Position numbers and translations under genes: made by a program. Of a stretch of 64,000 bases of DNA, positions 19,842 through 30,063 are shown piece by piece (position 1 is the first letter of the stretch; each line of letters begins with the position of its first letter). The DNA is taken from NCBI GenBank assembly GCA_051003195.1, contig JBPCLP010000039.1, positions 64,001 to 128,000 of the forward strand. The letters are read 5' to 3'. The notes under the pieces are model-generated. The model searched no databases, was not told the origin of the DNA, and saw only the letters and a list, made by a program, of their open reading frames with translations. The DNA is from Candidatus Sumerlaeaceae bacterium. GTDB taxonomy: Bacteria; Sumerlaeota; Sumerlaeia; Sumerlaeales; Sumerlaeaceae.

Positions 19842-21401
19842 CTAAGCTTTGCCCCCGGCCATGTAAATGCCCAGGTCGTGTTCGGTCAGCCCGCGATTCT
19901 CAGCGGTGTACACAATACGTCCCGCATACATCACGGCCACCCGATCGCTCAGCGCAAGGACCTCCGATAGTTCTGCGGATACCAGCAAAATGCCAACGCC
20001 TTGCTGACGAAGCTCAAGCAGTTTGCCGTGGATGAATTCGATGGCGCCTAAATCCACGCCGCGCGTGGGCTGTGACGCAATCAGCGCCTTCGCGCCACGT
20101 GTGAACTCGCGCGCTACAATCACCTTCTGCTGGTTGCCGCCGCTTAGTTGGCTTGCACGTGCACGTATGTTCGGCGGGCGAACATCGAAGCGCTCCAGTA
20201 TCTCGGTCGCACCCGAGCGCGTAAACATTTTTGGCCCGTCGGAACGCGTGTGATGCCTTCCCAGCAGCAGGTTCTCCCGAAGAGTAAAATCCAGGATCAG
20301 GCCGCGTCGGTGACGGTCCTCGGGCACGCAGGCCAGCCCGGCGGCGAGGCGCCCACGCGGCGACATGCCAGTGATTTCCTGTCCCGCAAGCTCGACGCTG
20401 CCGCTTTTTACGCCTCGAAGTCCCATCAGTACTTCAATCAATTCGCTCTGCCCGTTGCCTTCCACGCCTGCAATTCCGAGTACTTCACCGGGAGCAACGT
20501 GCAGCGACAAATCACGTAGCGATTGACCCGTCCCCCGGGCTGTCACATTGATTTCGCGTACGCGCAATACAGGTGCGATCGTCGTTGGACTATCGGCTAC
20601 CGGAGTTAACTGATCGTCTGAACGCCCGCTCCCATGACCTTCAATTTCGCGCGCCAGTGTGGGTAGCACCACGCTGCGCCCAACCATCAGCCGCGCAATC
20701 TCTTCCGGCGTGGTTTCACTGGTTTTCAGTGCCGCCACCTTCCGTCCTCCCCGGAGTATCGTCAGCGAATCTGAAAGCGCCATCACCTCTCGCAGTTTAT
20801 GCGTGATGATGATGATCGTCGAACCCGCTGATTTCAGTTCCGCAATGGTTACGAAGAATTCATCCACCTCCTGTGGCGTGAGGACCGCCGTGGGTTCATC
20901 TAGGATGATGATTTTCGCGTGCCGATAAAGAACCTTTAATATCTCAACCCGCTGCTGCTGCCCGACCCCAAGATCTGCCACCTTCGCAGCCGGGTCCACG
21001 ACCATGCGAAATTTTTCCGCGAGCTGCGCCACGCGGGACTCCGCATCGCGGGCCTTCAGCAATGCCCCGCCTTCAAGTCCCAGCAGCACATTCTCGGCCA
21101 CCGTGAACGGCGGGACGAGCATGAAGTGCTGGTGTACCATGCCAATTCCTGCATCGATCGCGTCAGAAGGTGAGTGGAATCGACGTGCGCGGCCATCGAT
21201 TCGGATCTCCCCCGAGTCCGGCTGATAAAGCCCGCCCAGGATTTTCATCAGAGTGCTTTTGCCGGCGCCGTTTTCGCCAACCAGGGCGTGTACCTCGCCG
21301 CGAACGACGCTCATATCCACGCGGTCATTCGCTAGCGCGCGGGCGAAACGCCGCGTTATCTGGTCGAGTTCAACTACGGGTGCTGGAACAGCGTTAGACA
21401 C
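19842..21401 (-). CDS. ABC transporter ATP-binding protein (tandem NBD, CUT2 type)
   Basis: [32 protein letters not shown]; start uncertain (GTG 21401). Confidence 0.9.
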   Translation of the reverse strand: MSNAVPAPVVELDQITRRFARALANDRVDMSVVRGEVHALVGENGAGKSTLMKILGGLYQPDSGEIRIDGRARRFHSPSDAIDAGIGMVHQHFMLVPPFTVAENVLLGLEGGALLKARDAESRVAQLAEKFRMVVDPAAKVADLGVGQQQRVEILKVLYRHAKIIILDEPTAVLTPQEVDEFFVTIAELKSAGSTIIIITHKLREVMALSDSLTILRGGRKVAALKTSETTPEEIARLMVGRSVVLPTLAREIEGHGSGRSDDQLTPVADSPTTIAPVLRVREINVTARGTGQSLRDLSLHVAPGEVLGIAGVEGNGQSELIEVLMGLRGVKSGSVELAGQEITGMSPRGRLAAGLACVPEDRHRRGLILDFTLRENLLLGRHHTRSDGPKMFTRSGATEILERFDVRPPNIRARASQLSGGNQQKVIVAREFTRGAKALIASQPTRGVDLGAIEFIHGKLLELRQQGVGILLVSAELSEVLALSDRVAVMYAGRIVYTAENRGLTEHDLGIYMAGGKA

Positions 21402-21478
21402 GCGCGGCAGATTTCGAAAGCCGCTGCGCGAAAGCAATCAAAAGCGAAGCGGCAACCGCAGGCACCGCAATGGATGGA

Positions 21479-22279
21479 TCAGGATGTTGTGGTGGTTTCG
21501 AATGCGCTCTCTTCAAGCGGCGCAATTTCACTAGGGCGCGGTTCGCCCTGCCCGGTCCACAGGCCGCGCTTACGCAACGCAGCGCGCACCTCATCAATAC
21601 CCCAGAATTTATCTGCATCGCTATGGCTGTCGGTGCCGATCATCCAGCGCGGCACGTAGCTCATCAGGCGCCACGCCATCTCGCGCTGCATTCCTCCCCA
21701 AAATCCATTGATGCTCATCACATTGATTTGGAACCAGCAGCCGAGATCAGCCAGTTGGCGCACCACATCAGGCGCGGCCGGCAACCAGGTATATCGTTCA
21801 GGATGCGCGAGAATCGGCGTAAGGCCCCGCTTAATAAAATAGTTCAGCACCTCGAAGGTGCAAGTCGGCATGTGATGGAACCCGAGCTCGATCAGGATGT
21901 ATTCATTCTGGTCTGCCCACGTAAGCAGGCCCCCCGCCTCGAACAAATCGGGCACGCCTATGTTCAGCAGGATTTCCGTTCCGGGCGAGGTTCTAAGCGG
22001 TATCTGCGCTTCGGCCAGCGCGTGATTTAATTCCGCCACGCGTCTGCGCAGGTGATCCGGGGATAAATCGCACTTCAGAGCCGGGTGGCATCCATGCGGC
22101 GTCGCTACCATATGCTTGATTCCCACCCCGGCTGCACGGCGCGCCATATTCAGCGACATTTCCATGCTCTTCGAACCGTCATCGACGCCTGGCAAAATAT
22201 GGCAGTGCGGATCGACTCGGAGAATGTATCGGCTTTCTTCTTCCGGGTTAAACCTGGGCGTTTCGGGCTTGTCCATCAT
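21479..22279 (-). CDS. PHP-family CpsB/CapC-like tyrosine phosphatase
   Basis: DPHCHILPGVDDG, ATPH, LAHPERY, GTDSH. Confidence 0.85.
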   Translation of the reverse strand: MMDKPETPRFNPEEESRYILRVDPHCHILPGVDDGSKSMEMSLNMARRAAGVGIKHMVATPHGCHPALKCDLSPDHLRRRVAELNHALAEAQIPLRTSPGTEILLNIGVPDLFEAGGLLTWADQNEYILIELGFHHMPTCTFEVLNYFIKRGLTPILAHPERYTWLPAAPDVVRQLADLGCWFQINVMSINGFWGGMQREMAWRLMSYVPRWMIGTDSHSDADKFWGIDEVRAALRKRGLWTGQGEPRPSEIAPLEESAFETTTTS

Positions 22280-22407
22280 GGTAAGGCGCGCACGTTTTAC
22301 CGGTAATTGCACGCAAGATGCATGCAATAGTCAAGCATCGCACATCGCATATCGACCCTTACGCCGTCGAATGCGAACGGGTCCGTACGAACTGGCAGTA
22401 GCCCAAC

Positions 22408-22549
22408 GAGTGTGCCGTCCGAAGTTCGCAGCATGATTCCAGGATTCCGGCTTTTTGGAATCCGCAGCCCTGGGTTACAGCACCCCATTTTTCGCGCCCT
22501 GAAGGGGCACCGCAAACCGAAAAGATGGTACGAATCTCTGGTACACCAC
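22408..22549 (+). repeat. Dispersed repeat, long subtype (copy B)
   Basis: Starts GAGTGTGCCGTCC, ends GGTACACCAC; near-identical core to 3041-3181. Confidence 0.85.
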
Positions 22550-22564
22550 CTGGCAGTAGCGCAA

Positions 22565-23731
22565 CTAACGCTTTTTCGCACCCGATTTAGCGCCGTCCCG
22601 ATTGGCCGGCTTGATGCCGCTCTTCACCGCAGCAGTTTTCTGAACCGGTCCTGGGGCTGGTACTTTCCGGGATTTGCCGCCCGCAGCACGGTCACCCTCT
22701 GGCATTGGCTGGCTTTCCTGCGCGGCGGCTTTGCCTGCGCTCTTGCCCAGCCAGCTCATCATGCCGCGAAGCTGACGCCCAACCGCCTCAATTTGATGCT
22801 CGGCTCCGCGCCGCCGCAACGCCTTAAAGGCTGGCCGTCCGGCCTGGTTCTCCAGAATCCACTCCCGGGCAAACTGCCCGGTCTGGATTTCGTTCAGGAT
22901 CTTCTTCATTTCCTTGCGGGTTTCATCGTTCACGATGCGTGGGCCGCGCGTAAGGTCACCGTATTCGGCCGTGTCGCTGATCGAGTAGCGCATCATGCCG
23001 ATGCCGCGCTCATAGATCAGGTCGACAATCAGTTTCACCTCGTGCAGGCACTCGAAATAGGCAATCTCCGGCGCATAACCAGCATCCACCAGGGTCTCAA
23101 ACCCGCTCGTGATGAGCTCCGTCAAGCCGCCGCATAATACCACCTGTTCACCAAACAGGTCCGTCTCGGTTTCCTCGCGGAACGTCGTCTCCAGCACTCC
23201 TGCGCGGGTTGCTCCCACGCCTTTGCTGTGCGCCAGCGCAAGCTCGCGCGTATTGCCGGTAGCATCCTGGTGGATCGCGATTAACCCCGGAACTCCACCG
23301 CCCTCCACATACACCCGCCGCACAAGGTGACCCGGACCCTTGGGCGCCACCATGTAAACATTTACATCTTTCGGTGGAGTAATCGTGCCGAAGTGGATAT
23401 TGAATCCATGTGAGAACACCAGCGACTTTCCGGCTTTCAGTCCCGGAAGAATCTCCTCTTCATAGACCTGCCGCTGCTTCTCATCCGGTAGCAGGATCTG
23501 GATGATATCAGCGCGCGATGCCGCATCGCGCGCGCTCACCGGTGAAAACCCATGGCTCTTTGCCAGGTCGTAGTTCTGTCCGCCGGGGCGCTGCCCGATA
23601 ATTACATTAATGCCGCTGTCCCGCATATTCTGGGCTTGTGCGTGGCCCTGGCTTCCGTAGCCAATCACGGCCACAGTTTTGCCCTTCAGCAACGCCAGGT
23701 TGGCGTCGCCGTCGTAGTACATTTTCACCAT
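22565..23731 (-). CDS. ilvC: Ketol-acid reductoisomerase with a basic C-terminal extension
   Basis: [49 protein letters not shown]. Confidence 0.95.
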   Translation of the reverse strand: MVKMYYDGDANLALLKGKTVAVIGYGSQGHAQAQNMRDSGINVIIGQRPGGQNYDLAKSHGFSPVSARDAASRADIIQILLPDEKQRQVYEEEILPGLKAGKSLVFSHGFNIHFGTITPPKDVNVYMVAPKGPGHLVRRVYVEGGGVPGLIAIHQDATGNTRELALAHSKGVGATRAGVLETTFREETETDLFGEQVVLCGGLTELITSGFETLVDAGYAPEIAYFECLHEVKLIVDLIYERGIGMMRYSISDTAEYGDLTRGPRIVNDETRKEMKKILNEIQTGQFAREWILENQAGRPAFKALRRRGAEHQIEAVGRQLRGMMSWLGKSAGKAAAQESQPMPEGDRAAGGKSRKVPAPGPVQKTAAVKSGIKPANRDGAKSGAKKR

Positions 23732-23831
23732 TGTGAGGGTGTTTCCTTAGTTCAGGGGTTTGGAATGATCCAAGCAGCGGTCGCCAGATGCGCCGGGCTT
23801 GTCAAACGAAAGTGGACTAAGCAGGGACGCC

Positions 23832-24164
23832 TTAACGCCTGCCTAATTGAAGAGCTATTCTCAGCGCTCTATCAAGTTCGGACATTTTTAACTCGGCGAG
23901 CCGGCCGATGTAGTCGGTCAGTAGGTGTTTTGAAATGCTCACGAGATCGTCGCAGTGTATACTGCTATCGTGCTTCATGCCCTCCATTGTGCCGATTGCG
24001 AGCTGCGTTTCAAGTTCGCTATGATTTGAGTACACCGGTGCGCAAATCACCGAGCTGTGACGGGAGTCGATCAGCACCTGCCTGCTGACCACAATAAAAA
24101 CCCGGGACTTTTTTGGATCAGATCCTGGAGGCTTTCGTACGCGGTACAGATCTCCCCGTTTCAT
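23832..24164 (-). CDS. mazF: PemK/MazF family toxin
   Basis: MKRGDLY...K.R..IVVSR...CAP.....DDL.SI.K..L...IG.L....LD.AL. Confidence 0.85.
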   Translation of the reverse strand: MKRGDLYRVRKPPGSDPKKSRVFIVVSRQVLIDSRHSSVICAPVYSNHSELETQLAIGTMEGMKHDSSIHCDDLVSISKHLLTDYIGRLAELKMSELDRALRIALQLGRR

Positions 24165-24394
24165 AACGGGATCTGATAATCCAGTATATCCACCATTTCG
24201 GCGTTCATACGGTCAGCACATCGGTTCAGAATTTCTAATTCCCGGGCGTCCCGTTCCTCACAAGTCAGCCGATCAATGTAATCCGACACCGCGTTTTCGA
24301 TAAAATCTGAACGATTGCGCTTAGCACGGCGGGCACGCTGATCGATGTGCTTTAACAGATCCTCCGAAAGTGTGATGGATGTCTTGATTTTCAT
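24161..24394 (-). CDS. Ribbon-helix-helix (CopG/MazE-like) antitoxin
   Basis: [13 protein letters not shown]......NRSDFIE.A; ATGA coupling to the toxin. Confidence 0.85.
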   Translation of the reverse strand: MKIKTSITLSEDLLKHIDQRARRAKRNRSDFIENAVSDYIDRLTCEERDARELEILNRCADRMNAEMVDILDYQIPL

Positions 24395-24411
24395 GGTATG
24401 TTTATACCACC
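24394..24411 (-). promoter_or_regulatory. Extended -10 (TGgTATAAA) and inverted-repeat operator of the TA operon
   Basis: tggtat-gttt-atacca IR overlapping the -10 box and the ATG. Confidence 0.6.
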
Positions 24412-24501
24412 AACATCCTTCCTATATTTAGGATCCAGTTCGGTGCTATGGTTGCTTATTTGACCACGGCGGATCACCCCAGCCGCAGGTCAGCCCATGC
24501 C

Positions 24502-24690
24502 CTACACTGCCGGCTTCGGCTTAACGGGAGCCTGCGTCTCTTCGCGCGGCAGCTTTCTGATCGTCGCGTGCATTTGTTCCAGTTCCTTCGCCATCTCCGC
24601 CAGCCCAATCGCCATCAACGCGACTGCCTCTTTGACGTCTTCCTTATCCTTAATCTGGTTAAATATTGATGCTGCCATGGTAAAGCCCAT
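24502..24690 (-). CDS. Small hypothetical protein (62 aa)
   Basis: AAGGA RBS; amphipathic helical sequence. Confidence 0.5.
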   Translation of the reverse strand: MGFTMAASIFNQIKDKEDVKEAVALMAIGLAEMAKELEQMHATIRKLPREETQAPVKPKPAV

Positions 24691-24937
24691 GCTGGTAGTC
24701 CTTTCGCCGCAGTTTTAACCTAGCGCTTACACACTTTAGAATTCAGCGCACTGTTTCCGTTCAATTTCTGAATTTCCCATGGCAAGAACTTCCGGCAATG
24801 CCGGACAGAAACCCGTTAACCTGCGTTGACTTCGCCCTCCAAATTCGAGCCATGTGTCTCATTACAATGCGAGACCTGACAATTCCCGTTCCCCCGCGAG
24901 ACGAGCGCATCCAACGTGCAGCCGGGACCTGCCGTAC

Positions 24938-27124
24938 ATGAATGAGTTTACCTGCAAACTTGGCGCGCGCCATTACAGCTTTTCCGGCCTGCGAGATCTC
25001 ATGGCGAAGGCTACCCCCGCGCGCTCGGGCGACGTACTCGCCGGCATTGCAGCGCAATCGGCCGAAGAGCGTGTAGCCGCGCAGACGCTGCTCGCCGACA
25101 TTCCACTGCACCGCTTTCTCGAGGAGCCGCTCATTCCTTATGAGCAGGACGAAGTCACCCGTCTCATCATCGACACCCACAACGCGCAAGCCTTTGAACC
25201 CGTGGCGTCCTTTACGGTGGGCCAATTTAGAGAGTGGCTGCTCGAGTACAAAACGGATGGCCCTGTGCTCGAAAAGCTCAGCCCCGGCCTCACGCCCGAA
25301 ATGGTCGCCGCCGTCAGCAAAATCATGCGCAACCAGGACCTTGTGCTGGTTGCATCCAAACGGCGCGTGATTACAAAATTCCGCAATACCCTCGGCTTAC
25401 CGGGTCGCCTTTCCGTCCGCCTGCAACCCAACCACCCCACGGACGACGTAAAGGGCATCATTGCCTCGATCCTTGACGGTCTGCTGCTGGGATGTGGCGA
25501 CGCTGTCATCGGCATCAACCCGGTAACCGACAGTGTGTCCAACACCGTGCAGTTGCTCACCATGCTGGACGAACTGATCCGCGCGTATTCGATCCCGACG
25601 CAATCCTGCGTCCTGGCGCACGTCACCAACCAGATTGCTGCCATCGAACGTGGCGCACCTATAGACCTCGTCTTTCAATCGATTGCGGGCACCGAGGCCA
25701 CCAACCGCAGCTTCGGTATTAATCTCAAGCTGCTCGCCGAAGCGCGGGATGCCGCGTTGTCGCTAAAGCGCGGTACCGTCGGTGATAATGTCATGTACTT
25801 TGAAACGGGTCAGGGCTCGGCGCTTTCAGCGGGCGCGAACCACCGGATCGACCAGCAGACATGCGAGGCCCGAGCATATGCAGTCGCGCGCGCCTTCGAT
25901 CCCTTACTTGTAAATACCGTCGTAGGATTTATCGGGCCGGAATATTTGTACGACGGAAAGCAGATCACCCGCGCGGGATTAGAGGACCACTTCTGCGGAA
26001 AACTCCTTGGCCTGCCAATGGGTTGCGACGTGTGTTACACCAACCACGCCGAAGCCGACCAGGACGATATGGACACACTGCTCACCCTGCTTTGCGCCGC
26101 GGGTGTAAACTATATCATGGGCGTTCCCGGCGCGGATGACATCATGCTGAACTACCAGTCCACTTCGTTCCATGACAGCCAGTACGCGCGCCAGGTTTTC
26201 GGTCTCCGGCCCGCACCCGAATTCGAAGAATGGCTGAAGGCGAACAAAGTGATCGACCGCAAGCAGCGCCTGCGCGACGTAACAAAGAAGCATGCACTGG
26301 CATCGGCCCACCCCGTGCGCGGACTGCTGACGACCAGCGAAGCAGCTACCGACCAGCTGCCCGCCAAAGCGCCTAAGAACATGACCGCCTTCCTGAAGCA
26401 GTTTACCACTGCCAGGATCGGCATTGGTCGCACCGGCGGCAGCATACCTACGGAAGAGCTGCTGGATTTCCAGCTCGCCCACGCCCGTGCGCGCGACGCG
26501 GTGCACGCGCCTTTTTATGCTAATGTGCTGAAAACCGAAATCGAAAACCTTGGGTTGAAATGTGTGATCGTTGAGAGTGCCGCGCCAGACCGCACGACGT
26601 ACCTGCTCAACCCGGACCTTGGGCGCACCTTGAGCGAAAACAGCCGCGCAATTTTGACGACTACCGCCAACGAGGAACGTTTCGATCTTGTGTTTATCGC
26701 CACCGATGGTCTGTCCGCCACAGCCGCGCACCGGCAGGTTGTGCCACTCCTGCGCGAATTTCTGCCCCTGCTGCACGCGAGCAATTTGCGTATGGCCCCC
26801 ATTGTGATCGCAATCCACGGGCGCGTCGCCATAGAGGACCCCATTGGCGAAGCATTGCGCGCGAGGCTGGCCGTCATCCTGGTGGGCGAGCGCCCCGGGC
26901 TTGGCTCACCCGACAGCCTGGGCGCCTACCTTGTCTACGAACCGCGCCTTGGTAAAACCGACGCGGACCGCAACTGCATCTCCAACATCCGCCCCGAGGG
27001 GCTTCCTCCTGCCGCCGCTGCGCACACGCTGCATGGACTGGTCCTGCGTGCTGTGCGGACGCAGCTCAGTGGAGTACGCCTGATTGCTGACGACCAAATC
27101 GATGTCGGAGTAAGTAGCACATAG
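24938..27124 (+). CDS. eutBC: Fused ethanolamine ammonia-lyase large and small subunits (EutB-EutC)
   Basis: EutB motifs RSGD.LAG, RLQPNHPTDD, MYFETGQGS, GLEDHFCGKL, YQSTSFHD; then in the same frame EutC motifs TTARIG.GR.G, FQLAHARARDAV, GRVA..D.IG, GERPGL, DA.RNCISNI. Confidence 0.92.
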   Translation: MNEFTCKLGARHYSFSGLRDLMAKATPARSGDVLAGIAAQSAEERVAAQTLLADIPLHRFLEEPLIPYEQDEVTRLIIDTHNAQAFEPVASFTVGQFREWLLEYKTDGPVLEKLSPGLTPEMVAAVSKIMRNQDLVLVASKRRVITKFRNTLGLPGRLSVRLQPNHPTDDVKGIIASILDGLLLGCGDAVIGINPVTDSVSNTVQLLTMLDELIRAYSIPTQSCVLAHVTNQIAAIERGAPIDLVFQSIAGTEATNRSFGINLKLLAEARDAALSLKRGTVGDNVMYFETGQGSALSAGANHRIDQQTCEARAYAVARAFDPLLVNTVVGFIGPEYLYDGKQITRAGLEDHFCGKLLGLPMGCDVCYTNHAEADQDDMDTLLTLLCAAGVNYIMGVPGADDIMLNYQSTSFHDSQYARQVFGLRPAPEFEEWLKANKVIDRKQRLRDVTKKHALASAHPVRGLLTTSEAATDQLPAKAPKNMTAFLKQFTTARIGIGRTGGSIPTEELLDFQLAHARARDAVHAPFYANVLKTEIENLGLKCVIVESAAPDRTTYLLNPDLGRTLSENSRAILTTTANEERFDLVFIATDGLSATAAHRQVVPLLREFLPLLHASNLRMAPIVIAIHGRVAIEDPIGEALRARLAVILVGERPGLGSPDSLGAYLVYEPRLGKTDADRNCISNIRPEGLPPAAAAHTLHGLVLRAVRTQLSGVRLIADDQIDVGVSST

Positions 27125-27214
27125 ACGACTTAGCTGTTTAAAAGCTTGGTGGAACGATTAAATCGTAAATAAGCTACTTTACTCGATTTTAAGGTGAAAT
27201 TAGTATTATCTCGC

Positions 27215-27340
27215 GTATCCGGCGTGCAGCTTCGCCGCCATGGCACAATGTTCACCACGCCCGGCGGGATGCCCGTATGCTGCCCGCGCTCATCCTGCAA
27301 GCCCTGCGGCAGCAGATCAGCGGCGTCGCCTTAAAGCCCG
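27215..27340 (-). pseudogene. Degraded aldehyde dehydrogenase fragment
   Basis: 27273-27244 encodes GIPPGVVNIV, identical to the peptide in the ALDH at 30064-31545; a TPL motif lies upstream in another frame. Confidence 0.55.
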
Positions 27341-27480
27341 ATAACCTGCTCGGCGATTAGTTCGGATACGAATCAGCAAGCTTTTCGGCGTGGATTTAAG
27401 GAATCTCTTGCCATTTTAAAACACTCAGGTATCCATTAGCGAAATGGCAGTACCACGTCTTGGAGACAAAGGTTAGCACC

Positions 27481-28950
27481 ATGGCACTAAATCGCATTTT
27501 ATTATCCATACTTCTGGCAGCAGTGGCCAGTTGCAGTTTTGCAAAGCCGTACCCATCGCTCATCCGGGTGAGCCCTGCCACGTTCGTGACGGGTGGCACA
27601 AATATCACCTACGTGCTTAACGAGGCAGGAAGTACGGTCACCATCGAGATACTGAACGCCGGCAACGCAGTCGTTGCCACTTTCGCCGGCACCGCTGTGC
27701 GTGGCGATAACACGGTCCACTGGGATGGTACCGCCAATAACGCTGGCGGCGCTGCCATCGCGCTAGGTGCCTACAAGGTCCGCATTACTGCGGCATCGAA
27801 CGTTGCCGCTGCCTGGACCGAGTTCTCATCCAACGCCGCCACCGATACCGTCCTCACCACCGTCTATAAGACACTCTATCCAAGCTTTGCGCCAATTTCC
27901 ATGCTGATCCAACCGGCCCAAACCAGCGACAATTTCGGCAAGGTCGTTTGCCTCACGGGCAATACACAAACGATCGCGACCAATCCCTGTCAGGCTGGAA
28001 TCACCCTGAATGGCGCCCTTCTAACCACCGACGGCACGAATGGCTATGCGTCGCGTCTTCTCAGGGGCGACCTTGACCCGGCTATTGGCAACAGCGGCAG
28101 CGAAGTAGATTACTGGGGAGCTTGCTTTGATCCAACCACAACCGAAGGCATCTGGATTGCATCACAGGCCGGGGCCAACAAAGGCTTTTACGCCGCCAAC
28201 TCGGTCGCGGACGCAACCACGAGACTCGCCGATCCAACCAACATCACCGGTGGATTTCCTCGTTCGGTAGCGGTCCGCACGGAAGGCGCCAATAAATTTG
28301 CATTTTTTGCCTCCGGAACCAACACCATAAACAAAATCCAAATCGACTCAGTCAGCGGCAACCTGACGGGTGCGGCTACCAACATCGTGTCTTTCGCGGA
28401 CATCAATCGCTACGGCCGAAAAGTGAAGTCTGATTCCGCCGGTAACCTGTATTACGGCAGCAGACGCAATGTTTCGGCAGGTACAGGTGGTGCGCTCTAC
28501 CGCTGGAGCGCTGCCAAGGTTTCCGCGGCGCCAGGCACCCTGCTCAACGAAGCCAACGCCGACTGGAACATTCAGCTCCCTGCTGCTTCGACCAATCTTT
28601 CAGGGCCCGCGATCACGCCTGCCGGCGATGTTTACGTGTACGTATGTTCGGATGGCATATACACGGTTGGAAACGCCAGCACCGCAACCTTATCCAAGAC
28701 TCTCGGAGCGGCTGACCTTGTTGTCCCGCTGGTTATCTCAAACAACACCTTTGGCAACGACATCGAATCCGATCCGGCCGGCAACATTATCGTCAATGCC
28801 ATCGGGACCACCGCCGTCGCAAACTCCCAGGCAGGATTCGTTCGCGGCTTTTCTCCAGGTGGCAATTCCAGCATGACAGTGACGGCGCCGTCGTCTCAAG
28901 CCATCAACATTGCGCCGACCGCCGCAGAGGACTGGGCGCTCTTCCGCTAG
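27481..28950 (+). CDS. Secreted protein with FlgD-like Ig domain, propeller-like body and C-terminal ..AAEDWALFR motif
   Basis: Signal peptide; ITYVL......TIEI.N..N.VVAT.......G.NTV.WDG.....G.Y.V.I.A. Confidence 0.75.
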   Translation: MALNRILLSILLAAVASCSFAKPYPSLIRVSPATFVTGGTNITYVLNEAGSTVTIEILNAGNAVVATFAGTAVRGDNTVHWDGTANNAGGAAIALGAYKVRITAASNVAAAWTEFSSNAATDTVLTTVYKTLYPSFAPISMLIQPAQTSDNFGKVVCLTGNTQTIATNPCQAGITLNGALLTTDGTNGYASRLLRGDLDPAIGNSGSEVDYWGACFDPTTTEGIWIASQAGANKGFYAANSVADATTRLADPTNITGGFPRSVAVRTEGANKFAFFASGTNTINKIQIDSVSGNLTGAATNIVSFADINRYGRKVKSDSAGNLYYGSRRNVSAGTGGALYRWSAAKVSAAPGTLLNEANADWNIQLPAASTNLSGPAITPAGDVYVYVCSDGIYTVGNASTATLSKTLGAADLVVPLVISNNTFGNDIESDPAGNIIVNAIGTTAVANSQAGFVRGFSPGGNSSMTVTAPSSQAINIAPTAAEDWALFR

Positions 28951-28972
28951 CGCCTTCTTCACGAATGCAACG

Positions 28973-29004
28973 AGAGCCAGGGCGCCCGTCGCCCTGGCTC
29001 TTTC
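28973..29004 (+). terminator. Intrinsic terminator
   Basis: agagccagggcg-cccgt-cgccctggctct hairpin followed by TT. Confidence 0.7.
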
Positions 29005-29017
29005 CATTGGATAAGGT

Positions 29018-29050
29018 TTACAGCCCCACGCAAACCGCCTTGGTTTCGGT
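29018..29050 (-). repeat. Direct-repeat copy of the ALDH gene 3' end (TETKAVCVGL-stop)
   Basis: 29019-29047 is identical to 30065-30093 (29 nt). Confidence 0.9.
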
Positions 29051-29121
29051 CTCAGATAGCTGATACTCAATCGCTCATTGATACTGGCCCATAGTAACGA
29101 CGCATAAGCGAATCACGCAAG

Positions 29122-29952
29122 TTAGCTCGCCTTGTAAAAGGCCGGACATTGCCCTGCTATAGCAAGCATTTGCGGACTCTCCAGAAAAAGGAAACTGATG
29201 TCCTGAGTCCAGTCTTTAACTGCTTCGCTACTGGCTCCCAGCAATTGAGTGACTTCAGTCTTTCGCGCTGAACCTGGCACTGGATTACATAATAATCCCA
29301 CTGCGAGCTTCGGTTTGGAATCATCGACTTTCATTTCCAATAGATAAGCGGACATAATTTCCGGACAACTACGACAAGATTCCCGAAGTACCTGCTCCAG
29401 GTATTGCGGGGCGCTGTCTGCTGGACGTATTCCTATTCTCGCTCCCTTCTTCAACGGGGACGTTGAAATCTTATCGGTCCTAAATTCCGGAACGACGCCA
29501 CGCGCAAGAGTCTCTAACTCCGGTCTCGAGACCCAGAGCGCTTCAGGGTTGGAGGGGTTGATCGACAACCCGCACAGTTTGCTATTAGCGGTTATTATAT
29601 CGAGCAGAGCCTTGGACGGGAGGGCGATGTAATGCTGTGAGTTTGGATCCCACTTTAGCATTACGTCCATATCTGTAAACGCTACGGCATAGGGCACACC
29701 ATCCTCGTTATGTGCTCCAATGAACGGTAGTTCTAAATTACTGTCCGTCACAAATGAGCGTTCGCCCGACGTTTGCACAAAACCCGGCGCTTCAGAAAGT
29801 GCAACAATCGGGGTGGCCTTTAAAAATGCCTCGTAGAAACGCTTTCGAACAGGGGGAGTTGGAGTTTTGCAAAAAGCTAAAAGGCACTTTAACAGGTCAG
29901 GATTAGTTGTTCTCGATTCTTTCTTTCTAAAAAACTTCTGGAGAATTCCCAT
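29122..29952 (-). CDS. SseB-family (enhanced serine sensitivity) protein with N and C domains
   Basis: FY..FL.A, AFTD...L..W, INP, then IG.P..P..L...L...P.I..AYL; lower GC than flanks. Confidence 0.75.
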   Translation of the reverse strand: MGILQKFFRKKESRTTNPDLLKCLLAFCKTPTPPVRKRFYEAFLKATPIVALSEAPGFVQTSGERSFVTDSNLELPFIGAHNEDGVPYAVAFTDMDVMLKWDPNSQHYIALPSKALLDIITANSKLCGLSINPSNPEALWVSRPELETLARGVVPEFRTDKISTSPLKKGARIGIRPADSAPQYLEQVLRESCRSCPEIMSAYLLEMKVDDSKPKLAVGLLCNPVPGSARKTEVTQLLGASSEAVKDWTQDISFLFLESPQMLAIAGQCPAFYKAS

Positions 29953-30007
29953 CCTGTGTGAGGCTCCTGCATAGTTGTGTGATGCGAATTGAAGATAGGT
30001 GACTGCT

Positions 30008-30036
30008 AAAGAAAAGGCGGCTGGGAAGGCCGCCTT
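30008..30036 (-). terminator. Intrinsic terminator of the ALDH gene
   Basis: aaggcggc/gccgcctt stem, TTTTCTTT on the minus strand. Confidence 0.75.
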
Positions 30037-30063
30037 GTCAATTCGATGTAAGAGCCCGTGGAA

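Noticed and set aside
24720..24937. Cobalamin riboswitch or ANTAR hairpins upstream of eutBC
   Set aside because: Only a loose gagacctgac resemblance and one tccggca/tgccgga hairpin; core motifs are not recognisable
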